Assembly: GCA_039915165.1 (NCBI GenBank)
Contig: JBDSNU010000018.1
Span: 166,617 to 230,616 of the forward strand
Length of the DNA: 64,000 nucleotides
Direction: 5' to 3'
From: Minisyncoccota bacterium
Lineage (GTDB): Bacteria; Patescibacteriota; Minisyncoccia; Phycocordibacterales; UBA9973
Part shown: positions 31,388 through 40,612 of the stretch, piece by piece
Position numbering within the stretch: the first letter of the stretch is position 1
Layout of the letters: the number at the start of each line of letters is the position of its first letter
The notes under the pieces: generated by a model
The model's database searches: none
Seen by the model: only the letters and a program-made list of their open reading frames with translations
What the model was told of the DNA's origin: nothing
Program-made: the position numbers and the translations under genes

Positions 31388-32776
31388 ATGAGCATCATAA
31401 AGGCCTCCGACAAACAAATACTTGAAAAGCTCTTTAAGATGGAAGAGGGATATGTACTTGGCTTTTCAGACAAAAAAATGGCTCAATTCTTTGAGGATGA
31501 GTATAAGATTGCCGTATATGATGAAAAATATAATTTTGATTTTTCTAGCAAGTCAAAGGCAAATCGTCTACGAGGCATATGGAAAAAAGAAGATGATAAA
31601 ACCGTAGGTGCTATTATTTTATCCCTTGTAGGGTGCGCGGAGAGCGACTTGTTAACAAAGGGAGGAGGAATACCGTCTTCTGAGAAAGATCTAATTAACA
31701 AAGCTCGAGACATTGGGCTCACCATGCTGTTCTCTGAATTTTCAGAAGATTCTCGACCAGAAGTTCAGGCAATGAAAAACAAGTCTCAACTCATAAAAGA
31801 GTTCAATGCCACCGATTTCAAGTCATTGGAGACAGATGAAAGAATATATCTACTTAAGGTTTTTTATTCATACTATGAGGCAATAGTTGCCGCCTATTAC
31901 GGCTCTGGTCTATTTTTTGTGAGTTCAGGCATTGATAACCTTAATGATTATTTCAAGATATTAAGAAAAAGACTGTGTGAACTGGTTGATATGGATGACA
32001 CTTTTTCAGAGATAAAAAATGGCCGATTTTATGAAGAGGTAATTGATCCTATGACCAGCCTCTATTCCAGTGCTGAATTTTTAGATGTTACATGGGATAT
32101 TATGTATCCCGCAATCATCAATTTACGAGAAGAAATAGCCGACAAGGATCTATTTGAAAATAATTCTGAAATACATAAAGTTGGTTCGGGGATTTCCAAT
32201 TTTTTGAATGAAATATCAAAAGAAATTGATACCTTAAAAAAGTATTTAAATCAAAAAACCAAGAATTTTTATGAAAAAGAAATGCCGAATACGAAGGAGC
32301 AATTTGATAACTCTTCCAATTCTAAGGATGGACAGGTCGTAAGGCATGAAGTCAAACATTTTTTTGAAAATAGCATTCAGGAAAAACCGATTGACTTACA
32401 TCATAAGCATGACAATGATACTGGTAAGAAGTCATTTTATATTACAAAAAAGGGCGACGATTTTTTCTATAAAGGTCAGTACCTGAGCCTTTCAAAAACA
32501 GCCCTTTACTACACAATCTTTTGCGCTCTTTATGCCAAACTTCCAGAGGGCGGTGAAATTACCTATGATGCCATGGGTAATGAGATCAAGAGCCGCTTGC
32601 CACTAACCAAAGGTAAAAGCTCGGAAGATATGCGGAAGTACATTCAGGACAACCTTACTGGCAATAGTAATGGATTTATGAGATATGCGAAGATACCTGA
32701 AAATGAAGATAATGGAAGACCATTAATAGAAATAGTTCGAGGTAAGGGCATTATATTTAACAACAAAAAAGGATAA
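31388..32776 (+). CDS. hypothetical protein with Abi/Mrr-associated N-terminal domain (possible defence protein)
   Basis: GYVLGFSD...FF...KY...SKANRLRGIW N-terminal motif. Confidence 0.55.
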   Translation: MSIIKASDKQILEKLFKMEEGYVLGFSDKKMAQFFEDEYKIAVYDEKYNFDFSSKSKANRLRGIWKKEDDKTVGAIILSLVGCAESDLLTKGGGIPSSEKDLINKARDIGLTMLFSEFSEDSRPEVQAMKNKSQLIKEFNATDFKSLETDERIYLLKVFYSYYEAIVAAYYGSGLFFVSSGIDNLNDYFKILRKRLCELVDMDDTFSEIKNGRFYEEVIDPMTSLYSSAEFLDVTWDIMYPAIINLREEIADKDLFENNSEIHKVGSGISNFLNEISKEIDTLKKYLNQKTKNFYEKEMPNTKEQFDNSSNSKDGQVVRHEVKHFFENSIQEKPIDLHHKHDNDTGKKSFYITKKGDDFFYKGQYLSLSKTALYYTIFCALYAKLPEGGEITYDAMGNEIKSRLPLTKGKSSEDMRKYIQDNLTGNSNGFMRYAKIPENEDNGRPLIEIVRGKGIIFNNKKG

Positions 32777-32789
32777 TTTAGGACAGAGC

Positions 32790-32884
32790 TCAAGAAACAC
32801 TGGTGTGGTAATCAATAACTGCAGTTCTCACTTCGTCCACCAGTCCGCGCAACGAAAAAGAACCCTAGAAATAGGGTTCTTTTT
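32790..32884. repeat. att-like site 1 (tail-coding arm + CGCGCA core + hairpin)
   Basis: core 32846-32851; minus strand reads LRGLVDEVRTAVIDYHTSVS*; hairpin AAAAAGAACCCTA-GAAA-TAGGGTTCTTTTT. Confidence 0.8.
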
Positions 32885-32923
32885 CTGTAGGTAAAGCGGA
32901 ATTTGAACTGGTATACTGTGCTT

Positions 32924-33478
32924 ATGAAAAAAGTATTTATCATCCACGGTTTCGAAGGCAGTCCAAACGGCGCTTGGCGAGGATGGCTCATGTCTGAGCT
33001 TGAGAAGGATGATGTCTATGCTTGTGCATTACCTATGCCGAATCCTGAGGCACCGATCCAAAAGGAATGGGTTGATGAAATAGCGAGAGTTGTTGAGCAC
33101 AGCAAGGACGATGAATTGTATTTGGTAGGGCATAGCCTTGGATCAACCGCTATTTTGAGATACCTAGAAACAACAAAGATAATGTTTAGTGGAGTCATTC
33201 TTGTCTCTGCTCCTGTGCAAGAAACATTTAATAGAAAGATTGATAATTTCTTTCAAGTTTCATTTGACTATGAAGCTATCAAGACGAAAGTAAAGAAGAA
33301 AGTGGTTATTCACGGAGGTAATGATCCATATGTGCTTATTGAAAAACATGGTGATGTTTTGGTAAAAGAGCTTGATGCAGAATATTTTGTTATAAAAGAG
33401 GGAGGGCACCTTAATGGTTCTGCCGGTTGGCATGCATTGCCCGAGTGTCTAGAAGCTCTTAATAGAATGCTGAAATAG
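32924..33478 (+). CDS. RBBP9/YdeN family alpha/beta hydrolase
   Basis: IIHGF, GHSLG nucleophile, NDPYV, GGHL. Confidence 0.9.
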   Translation: MKKVFIIHGFEGSPNGAWRGWLMSELEKDDVYACALPMPNPEAPIQKEWVDEIARVVEHSKDDELYLVGHSLGSTAILRYLETTKIMFSGVILVSAPVQETFNRKIDNFFQVSFDYEAIKTKVKKKVVIHGGNDPYVLIEKHGDVLVKELDAEYFVIKEGGHLNGSAGWHALPECLEALNRMLK

Positions 33479-34435
33479 ATGAGTAGTTTCATTGAAAACA
33501 CACAACGATCTGAAGCCATTGCACGCATAGTCAAAACCAAAGGCTTTGATAAAAAAGTCAGCGAACTGTCAATCGCTGTCATTGATCTAAAGAATCCATC
33601 AGAAATTTTTGGAGCAAACCTTGATGCTTTTATGTATCCGGCCAGCGTGTTTAAGATCTTCATTGGGGCTGAAGTACTCAGGCAAGTAGAAGAAGGAAAA
33701 CATACTCTTGCTCAAGAGATACTAGTAAAACTCTTGAACGAAATACCGAAAGAATTGAGGCTTTATCCTGATCCTCGAACAACCCTAAAGACTGGAGACA
33801 AGGTAGCGATTGATAAGTTGCTCTATCTCATGCTTGCCGTCAGCGACAATACCGCCTCGAACTGCCTGTATGAGCTGGTAGGGATGGAAAGTATAATTAA
33901 GAATATTGTTGAGCCGAATGGATGGCAAGGTACCGGGCTTACCCCGTACTTCATCGATCAGGTTAAACAGCATAAACCATATCGCCATACCGAGATGCTG
34001 CAGACGAATGCGCGGCACGTTGCCGAGTTCTTTGCATTGGTGGAGCAGGAAAAATTGATAAGCCCATTTGTTTCAAGAAAGTTGAAGGAATATATGCTTA
34101 AGTTTGACCGCACCTCAAGGCACGGATATTCCTATCCAGAATTTCTGCGCTACAGAAAGGGCGGCTACTTGGAAACAAATCTATATACTTCTTTTTACAG
34201 AAAGAGCGGGTTTGGCTTTGATATGGTAAAAGGATTCGGTGCGCTTGTTAAAAACATTGTTACCAAAGGATGGGCGTTCCAGCGGTACATGCATGATGCG
34301 GGCGTGATAGAAGGGAAGAACTCGAAATACGTTGCTGTAATCTTTACGCTCTCAAGGCAGATGAATCCTAGAAAGTTCTTTCAAATGAATGGGTTGGCAA
34401 AAGAACTATTTGAATATATGGAAGCTCAAAGTTAA
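33479..34435 (+). CDS. serine hydrolase, class A beta-lactamase-like fold
   Basis: PASVFK (SxxK), SDN, KGG (KTG variant), HDAG. Confidence 0.8.
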   Translation: MSSFIENTQRSEAIARIVKTKGFDKKVSELSIAVIDLKNPSEIFGANLDAFMYPASVFKIFIGAEVLRQVEEGKHTLAQEILVKLLNEIPKELRLYPDPRTTLKTGDKVAIDKLLYLMLAVSDNTASNCLYELVGMESIIKNIVEPNGWQGTGLTPYFIDQVKQHKPYRHTEMLQTNARHVAEFFALVEQEKLISPFVSRKLKEYMLKFDRTSRHGYSYPEFLRYRKGGYLETNLYTSFYRKSGFGFDMVKGFGALVKNIVTKGWAFQRYMHDAGVIEGKNSKYVAVIFTLSRQMNPRKFFQMNGLAKELFEYMEAQS

Positions 34436-34437
34436 TT

Positions 34438-34869
34438 ATGAAAACTATTTATAAAATCGCCAACTCAATTCGTCGTATCTATTGGTACATTTTCCGTCCG
34501 CATACCCAAGGCGTTAAATGCCTTATTGAATGCAATGGAGAATATCTATTAATTCAAACAAGTTATTCAGGAAAGTATTGGACGTTGGCCGGAGGGGGTG
34601 TGGGTAGAAACGAGGGTCCTGAAACTGCTGCAATTAGGGAAGTAAATGAGGAACTTGGAATTAAGGTTGGTTCTATAAAGCAGATCGGACAGTATGAAAG
34701 CACTATTGAATATAAGAAAGATACTGTTTATTTATTTCATGCCCAAGTTTCAAGTAAGGACTTTAACTCAAACAGCACGGAGGTTTCTGATGCTCGCTGG
34801 TTTTCTAAAAAAGAATTGCCCGAGAATCGCTCAAGGGCATTGAATGAGTCAATACTTAAACAGACTTAG
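34438..34869 (+). CDS. NUDIX hydrolase
   Basis: GGG...EGPETAAIREVNEELG Nudix box. Confidence 0.9.
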   Translation: MKTIYKIANSIRRIYWYIFRPHTQGVKCLIECNGEYLLIQTSYSGKYWTLAGGGVGRNEGPETAAIREVNEELGIKVGSIKQIGQYESTIEYKKDTVYLFHAQVSSKDFNSNSTEVSDARWFSKKELPENRSRALNESILKQT

Positions 34870-34887
34870 AACTGATATAATGATCTC

Positions 34888-35430
34888 ATGAAAGAAATAA
34901 TTATTATAGGAACACTTCACCACGAATTTACCCCAAAGGCCGAGCTTGAGGAAATCATCAAGGGAATCAATCCGGACAAGGTTCTTGTCGAACTGTCTCC
35001 GGAGGAGTTGCTTCGGCCTCGAGAGGATTCTATCCGTGACGAGATGTTCTTCGCCCACGACTGGGCCGTTGAAAATGGTAAGCAGGTAGACGTATTCGAT
35101 ATCGAAAACCATACGCTTAAGGATGGCTTTACTGGAAGAGAGGTAGGTTTAATCCAGCTAGGTTCCGAGATGGGGGAATTACTGAAGGTGCATTCATGGA
35201 AAGAGCAGAACAGCGAGAATGCCTGGAAGACTCCAGAATATACTAAAGTAAATGATCTTATAATGGAAAAATACTTTAACAGTGAAAAGCTCGAGGAAAG
35301 GAATCAGACAATGCTGCAAAACATCAAGGACAAGGTCATCGAGGGAAAGAACCTTGTGATTGCAGGCACGGCGCACCTTACGTTTTTCAAGGAGCAGCTG
35401 CCGAACGCTATACTGCCGTTGAGGAAGTAG
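34888..35430 (+). CDS. hypothetical protein (TraB/GumN-like metal motifs)
   Basis: IIGTLHH, VLVEL, ERNQTM, GTAHL. Confidence 0.55.
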   Translation: MKEIIIIGTLHHEFTPKAELEEIIKGINPDKVLVELSPEELLRPREDSIRDEMFFAHDWAVENGKQVDVFDIENHTLKDGFTGREVGLIQLGSEMGELLKVHSWKEQNSENAWKTPEYTKVNDLIMEKYFNSEKLEERNQTMLQNIKDKVIEGKNLVIAGTAHLTFFKEQLPNAILPLRK

Positions 35431-35585
35431 TTTTTAAATTCGGCACATATACAAACCCCTTATACTCCCGTATCCTAGTTCCAACTGCCTCCGCCAGGGC
35501 GCGCACATTGTCCGCCATAGTCACGTCTGACGTGACGAAGGACGAAGGAGGAACGAAAAAGAACCCTAGGAATAGGGTTCTTTTT
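35408..35585. repeat. att-like site 2 with 47-bp REP-like insertion
   Basis: core 35500-35505; tail LRALAEAVGTRIREYKGFVYVPNLKTTSSTAV*; insert 35506-35552; hairpin nearly identical to site 1. Confidence 0.8.
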
Positions 35586-35636
35586 CTATTGGGTTAAGTA
35601 GACCCTTTTGACTTTCTGCAAAATTACTATAGTGTA

Positions 35637-36218
35637 ATGGAAATAAACAATTTCGTACAATTAAAAAATAATCTAATGACCGAACAAGACGTACTAACGC
35701 TTATTTCAAATGATCCATGGATGATGGAAGTGCTTCGCGCTGCGGAAACACTTCATTTACCACAATGGGCGATCGGTGCAGGATTTGTCCGTAATAAAGT
35801 CTGGAATGAATTATCTAGCTATTCTAATAGAGTTCATTCTACAGATATTGATCTCATCTATTTTGATCCTACAAATACTAACGAGGAAGTAGAAAAGGAT
35901 TATGACCGACTGCTAAGGGATATTATAAACGTAGAATGGTCTACGAAAAACCAAGCACGAATGTATTTAGTTGATAATGAAAAACCCTATTCTTCTACAG
36001 TAGATGCATTAGCTCACTGGCCTGAAACGGCTACCGCTATTGCTGTAACTATTGAAGATGGAACATTAAAACTTATTGCTTCTTATGGAATTCATGATCT
36101 TGTAAATCTTATTGTGCGACCGTGTCCAAAATTTAATAAGGGAATGGAGAGGGTAAAAGAACGAATGGAAAAGAAGAAGTGGCTTGAGCAATGGCCTGGT
36201 CTAACGTTAGAAAATTAA
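35637..36218 (+). CDS. DUF925-type nucleotidyltransferase family protein
   Basis: AGFVRNKVW, TDIDLIYFD, KNQARM, WPETATA. Confidence 0.85.
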   Translation: MEINNFVQLKNNLMTEQDVLTLISNDPWMMEVLRAAETLHLPQWAIGAGFVRNKVWNELSSYSNRVHSTDIDLIYFDPTNTNEEVEKDYDRLLRDIINVEWSTKNQARMYLVDNEKPYSSTVDALAHWPETATAIAVTIEDGTLKLIASYGIHDLVNLIVRPCPKFNKGMERVKERMEKKKWLEQWPGLTLEN

Positions 36219-36352
36219 ATCCTTACAATACTTTGTGAGGATTTTTTCAATTCTGGAACATATACAAAACCTCTATATTCCCTTATCCTAGTTCCAACAG
36301 CCTCTACCAGGGCGCGCAACGAAAAACACCCTTCAAATGAAGGGTGTTTTTC
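36215..36352. repeat. att-like site 3 (probable outermost attR)
   Basis: core 36313-36318; tail LRALVEAVGTRIREYRGFVYVPELKKSSQSIVRI*; hairpin AAAAACACCCTTCA-AA-TGAAGGGTGTTTTT. Confidence 0.8.
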
Positions 36353-36400
36353 TATGGTAAATGTTATAATTTAAGTAATTATTATTTAGCCTTTTATTTT

Positions 36401-37825
36401 ATGACTTCACCAGAAGGTTCCCATTCAGCCCAAGAAAATGCTCTCCCATATTCAGTAGAGAAAATTGAAGATTTGCAGCGTCCTGAAGTTGGGGTTAAAT
36501 CCAATCAGCTGCTCATTAATGGCGAAGTGCTTGGTGGATATAAACATGTGAGTGATGTCAGTCCTCAAAAAAATAATTCAGATTTAGTGTATTTTAATGC
36601 AGTGAAAGAAGGGGAAGAAAGTAGTTATAACACTGGACGTATCATCGACATTAACAACCCCGAAAAAGAATTAGTAACTATTACAGCTTCTGACAATAGA
36701 AACTATAGAGATAGTAAAAAATTTTTTGTTAATGGTAACGAGTGGAATTCATTGCAAGGCAAAAATATATACTTTAGTGGCTATCACGTTGAGCATGATC
36801 CCATTGGTAATAAAACAGTATTTAGAGCACACAAAGATCATGCTATAAACGGTTCCAAAGCAGCAGTAATAGTTAACAACCGTGAATGGAATACTGGCTT
36901 TAGTGAGATTCAAAAAGCCACCAGTGAATATGGTACAGCCTATGCTTTGGCTGATGGCAGATTGGTTATTGAAGATAAAGAATGGTTGTATCCAAAATAT
37001 TCTGAACAGCAGAAAAAAGATAATTACAGTCTCAACTGGAATGGGTTAGACACAATATCTGAGGCCCGAATTGGTAAAAACGGTGAAGTTGCAGCAGCAC
37101 TGTATACCACTCGAGGTGAAGGTCGTGATGGTATTGGTAGCTATATTATCACTGGAGATACACAAGGTGCACGCAACGAATGGAAGCACCCATTACAATT
37201 TGTAAAAGATATTGCTATTGATGAAGTAACAGGAATGGTTGCTGCATATGGTTCAAAATTTGGTGCTCGTAATAAGACAGAAATTATTATTAATGATATT
37301 CCTTATACAGTTGAAGATGCTCCGGAAAAATTAAACTATTTTACATTCAAAGACGGCGCACTTGTTATTGAATATACAGATGCATTAGGTCAAAAGGTCG
37401 CAGAAAAAATTACTCTCAATGAGCAATCTGGTGAATTACAAATAATGAAAGAGGGGAAGGATAGTGAAGAAAAAGCTTTGTATGAATTACGTAAAATGTT
37501 AGCAGAGCAAAACATTCCTATTTCAGAAATCATGTCACGATTGAACACCGCCACTCTTTTGGAAGAACAGCAAAAAAATAATAAAAATTTAGCTAATAAT
37601 TTTGATACCGTACACAGTCAAAAAGCGACCCTAGAAATTGAATTGCAAAAACAACAAGCACTTATTGCTGAAAAAGACGCAAGAATAATAAGCCTAGAAC
37701 AAGATAAGGCAAAAGCTGAAGACAGAATTAATACCATTAAGGCATCAATCAGTGCGGCTGACTCTGCAATGATGGGTGGATATAAGATCTCAAAAGAAGT
37801 AAGAAATAATATTCTGAATACTTAA
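36401..37825 (+). CDS. hypothetical protein with C-terminal coiled coil
   Basis: long ORF; beta-rich N-terminus, heptad-rich C-terminus. Confidence 0.7.
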   Translation: MTSPEGSHSAQENALPYSVEKIEDLQRPEVGVKSNQLLINGEVLGGYKHVSDVSPQKNNSDLVYFNAVKEGEESSYNTGRIIDINNPEKELVTITASDNRNYRDSKKFFVNGNEWNSLQGKNIYFSGYHVEHDPIGNKTVFRAHKDHAINGSKAAVIVNNREWNTGFSEIQKATSEYGTAYALADGRLVIEDKEWLYPKYSEQQKKDNYSLNWNGLDTISEARIGKNGEVAAALYTTRGEGRDGIGSYIITGDTQGARNEWKHPLQFVKDIAIDEVTGMVAAYGSKFGARNKTEIIINDIPYTVEDAPEKLNYFTFKDGALVIEYTDALGQKVAEKITLNEQSGELQIMKEGKDSEEKALYELRKMLAEQNIPISEIMSRLNTATLLEEQQKNNKNLANNFDTVHSQKATLEIELQKQQALIAEKDARIISLEQDKAKAEDRINTIKASISAADSAMMGGYKISKEVRNNILNT

Positions 37826-37873
37826 GGATGCAATAATCCTTCCCAAAACTTTTTAAAAGCGTATAGTTTTCAT

Positions 37874-38599
37874 ATGAATAAAATAATTTTAATCGTACTC
37901 GCTATTCTCATTATCGGAACTGGAGCGTATCTTGTTACAAAAAATGACACCATGGATACAGTACCTGCAGCCACTATTGTAGATACTACGCCAGTACCTG
38001 TTACTCCAATTGAGAATCCTACTCCAGCCACGACCGATACCACGCCTTCAGTGTCTTGGTTAACATACACAAACGCTGATTACGGTTTCAGTTTTCAATA
38101 TCCAAGTACCTGGAAATTATCTGAAGATAAAACAAAGAAAAGTGTAACAATCAAAACTGTAGAATATAGCGCTGCTGTTGAAAAAAATGATATTGATTAC
38201 GAATCAATTACATTCCAAGCAACAACAAAAGCATTCTTCACTCCCCACCTCGGTACAAAGTACGGAGAAATTGCATATGATGACAAGCAGGGAGCAATCG
38301 TAGATGTGTCATCATCTCCAGTTCGTTGTCTCGACACTTCAACATTGTTAAGCGGTCTCCATCAGATTACTACTGCAATCAAAACAATTCCTTATTCAGG
38401 TAGTTTAATGGCAACGCCAGCATATAGTGATGCAGCAATCTTAACAAAGAACGGTAGCATTATTATTGTTACAGAAAATAATGAACCAAGCACAAAGACC
38501 ACTGCCTCAAATCTGATCACTGCAAATGTAAAAACAATTGCGAATTCATTTACATTGCTTGGTGGTAATACGGTAGTAACCCCTGCGTGCTCGAAGTAA
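37874..38599 (+). CDS. membrane-anchored PsbP-like secreted protein
   Basis: TM, P/T linker, WLTYTNADYGFSFQYPSTW motif. Confidence 0.7.
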   Translation: MNKIILIVLAILIIGTGAYLVTKNDTMDTVPAATIVDTTPVPVTPIENPTPATTDTTPSVSWLTYTNADYGFSFQYPSTWKLSEDKTKKSVTIKTVEYSAAVEKNDIDYESITFQATTKAFFTPHLGTKYGEIAYDDKQGAIVDVSSSPVRCLDTSTLLSGLHQITTAIKTIPYSGSLMATPAYSDAAILTKNGSIIIVTENNEPSTKTTASNLITANVKTIANSFTLLGGNTVVTPACSK

Positions 38600-38637
38600 A
38601 AAGTGATATAATAGAAGTATTAGCAGATAACTAATTA

Positions 38638-38892
38638 ATGTATATGTATTACGGATATTTTGACCTCGTTGATTCTATGTACCACATCTTGGGATGGGTA
38701 TTGTTTATTATGTTTATCGTGTGGATTGTTCGCGGAGCTCGCGGACGTCACCATAGTAGATGGTGTGATGGCACAAGCTGTAACCACCCAGTACATGGCA
38801 ATACTCGTGCTATTGATCTCTTGAAGGAACGCTATGCAAAAGGGGAGATTGATACTAAGGAATTCGAAGAAAAAAAGAAAAATTTGATGTAA
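38638..38892 (+). CDS. SHOCT domain membrane protein
   Basis: AIDLLKERYAKGEIDTKEFEEKK. Confidence 0.85.
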   Translation: MYMYYGYFDLVDSMYHILGWVLFIMFIVWIVRGARGRHHSRWCDGTSCNHPVHGNTRAIDLLKERYAKGEIDTKEFEEKKKNLM

Positions 38893-39074
38893 TATCAGTT
38901 TTTCTGTAAAAAGTCGTCTCAATACTGTGAGGCGGCTTTTTGTTTTGAAATCACCAATAAGGTTGACAATTAAAAGCAATGGTGTTATCATAGTGGTATT
39001 ACTATACGTATTGTGTTGATGGACTATTTCTGAAGTCTGAATGACACAGTAATAGAAAATAAATAACAATATAT

Positions 39075-40466
39075 ATGACAACGACTAGCGCTCCTCGGGG
39101 CAATAATTTTTCTCGTTCTGAGGGTTCTTCTTCAGGGCGTCGCAGTGAAGGGGGTTCATTCTCTCCTCGCTCAAACAGTAACGGTGGTGGATTTTCATCA
39201 CGACCTCGCTTCGGTGGAGGTGGCAATAGTGGCGGTAACGGCGGTGGATATCGCGGAGGCAACTCTTCTGGCGGTTTTAATAGAGGAGGTTCGAACACTT
39301 CGCCTCGCCGTAGTTTTAACGGAGGCGGGTCTTTTGGTGGCAACAAGCGTCGCTCATTTAAAGGCGACAACATCGACGAAACACGTTTCGTTAATCGCGC
39401 AGTAGATAACGTAGAAGAAGTTGCACACATTGCAAAACACACATTTGCTGACTTCGGTGTACACGAAATGCTTGCTAAGAACTTAGCAGCAAAAGGCTAT
39501 GTACAACCTTCACCAATTCAAGATCAGGCTATCCCTGTAGCATTGCAGGGTGGTGATGTGATTGGTATTGCAAACACTGGTACTGGTAAAACAGCAGCGT
39601 TTCTTATTCCTATCATCAACAAATTGGTAAGTGATAAGAACCACAAAGTAATGGTACTTACTCCTACTCGTGAACTAGCACAACAGATCGAAACAGAATT
39701 TCGTTCTATGACTGTTGGTATGCGTCTATGGTCAGTATCTGCAGTTGGTGGACTTCCTATCATGCGCCAGATCCGTTCATTGGAAATGGGTGTGCATATC
39801 GTGATCGGTACACCTGGACGTGTGAAAGATCTTATTGCTCGCAATAAAATCAACATGGCTCAGTACAGTACTATCGTTCTTGATGAAGCTGACCGTATGA
39901 TGGATATGGGATTCATTGATGACATGCGCATGATCCTTGGTGGTATGCCAAAAGATCGTCAGAGTCTTTTCTTCTCTGCAACATTCTCTCCAGAAATCCG
40001 TACTCTTTGTAATGACTTTTTGAATAATCCTACAACTGTAGCAATCAAGACTCGTGATACTGCTTCAAACGTTGATCAGGATATCATCCGTGCTCACCCA
40101 GCTGATCGTGTTGAAAAACTTCATGACTTGCTTACTTTGCCAGAATTTACAAAAGTATTGATCTTCCGCGAAACAAAGCATCACACAGATGAACTTGCTC
40201 GTGAATTGAAAGATCGTGGGTTTGCAGTTTCTGCATTGCACGGCGACATGCGTTCTCGTGAACGTTCTCGTGCTGTGGAAGCATTGTCAAAAGGACAGAT
40301 CCAAGCAGTGATCGCAACTGACGTTGCAGCTCGTGGTATTGATATCCCAGATATCTCTCACGTGATCAACTTCGATACACCTTCAACATACGACACCTAT
40401 GTTCACCGAATCGGCCGTACTGGTCGTGGTAACAAAAAGGGTATTGCGCTAACATTCGTTCGCTAA
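39075..40466 (+). CDS. DEAD-box RNA helicase with Gly/Arg-rich N-terminus
   Basis: Q motif, TGTGKT, PTRELA, DEAD, SAT, HRIGRTGR. Confidence 0.97.
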   Translation: MTTTSAPRGNNFSRSEGSSSGRRSEGGSFSPRSNSNGGGFSSRPRFGGGGNSGGNGGGYRGGNSSGGFNRGGSNTSPRRSFNGGGSFGGNKRRSFKGDNIDETRFVNRAVDNVEEVAHIAKHTFADFGVHEMLAKNLAAKGYVQPSPIQDQAIPVALQGGDVIGIANTGTGKTAAFLIPIINKLVSDKNHKVMVLTPTRELAQQIETEFRSMTVGMRLWSVSAVGGLPIMRQIRSLEMGVHIVIGTPGRVKDLIARNKINMAQYSTIVLDEADRMMDMGFIDDMRMILGGMPKDRQSLFFSATFSPEIRTLCNDFLNNPTTVAIKTRDTASNVDQDIIRAHPADRVEKLHDLLTLPEFTKVLIFRETKHHTDELARELKDRGFAVSALHGDMRSRERSRAVEALSKGQIQAVIATDVAARGIDIPDISHVINFDTPSTYDTYVHRIGRTGRGNKKGIALTFVR

Positions 40467-40519
40467 TACAAATAGAAAACACTCCGGATACTGTCCGGGG
40501 TGTTTTTGTATGGAACAAT

Positions 40520-40612
40520 TGTGCGTTACTAAGCAAAGCACATTTATAAAATATTCATATATATTTGATGGGTAGTTTTCTACAATAATGTGCTTTGCTT
40601 AGCAACGCACAT
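40520..40612. repeat. inverted REP pair (REPIN-like) upstream of RAYT
   Basis: TGTGCGTTACTAAGCAAAGCACAT (40520-40543) and ATGTGCTTTGCTTAGCAACGCACAT (40588-40612). Confidence 0.85.

Larger units (their letters stand above)
23865..32851. mobile_element. integrative element at tRNA-Asp 3' end (attL to first attR-like site)
   Basis: CGCGCA core at both ends; LSR, excisionase, tyrosine recombinase, HTH genes and cargo. Confidence 0.8.

Noticed and set aside
33479-34435. Bona fide antibiotic-resistance beta-lactamase
   Set aside because: No signal peptide, KGG instead of KTG, and no clear omega-loop Glu, so only the fold can be supported.
32790-36352. CRISPR array or classical integron attC interpretation of the three repeats
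   Set aside because: Spacing is 0.8-2.7 kb and there are no cas genes. I see no RYYYAAC/GTTRRRY attC boxes, and the tyrosine recombinase is not recognisably IntI.
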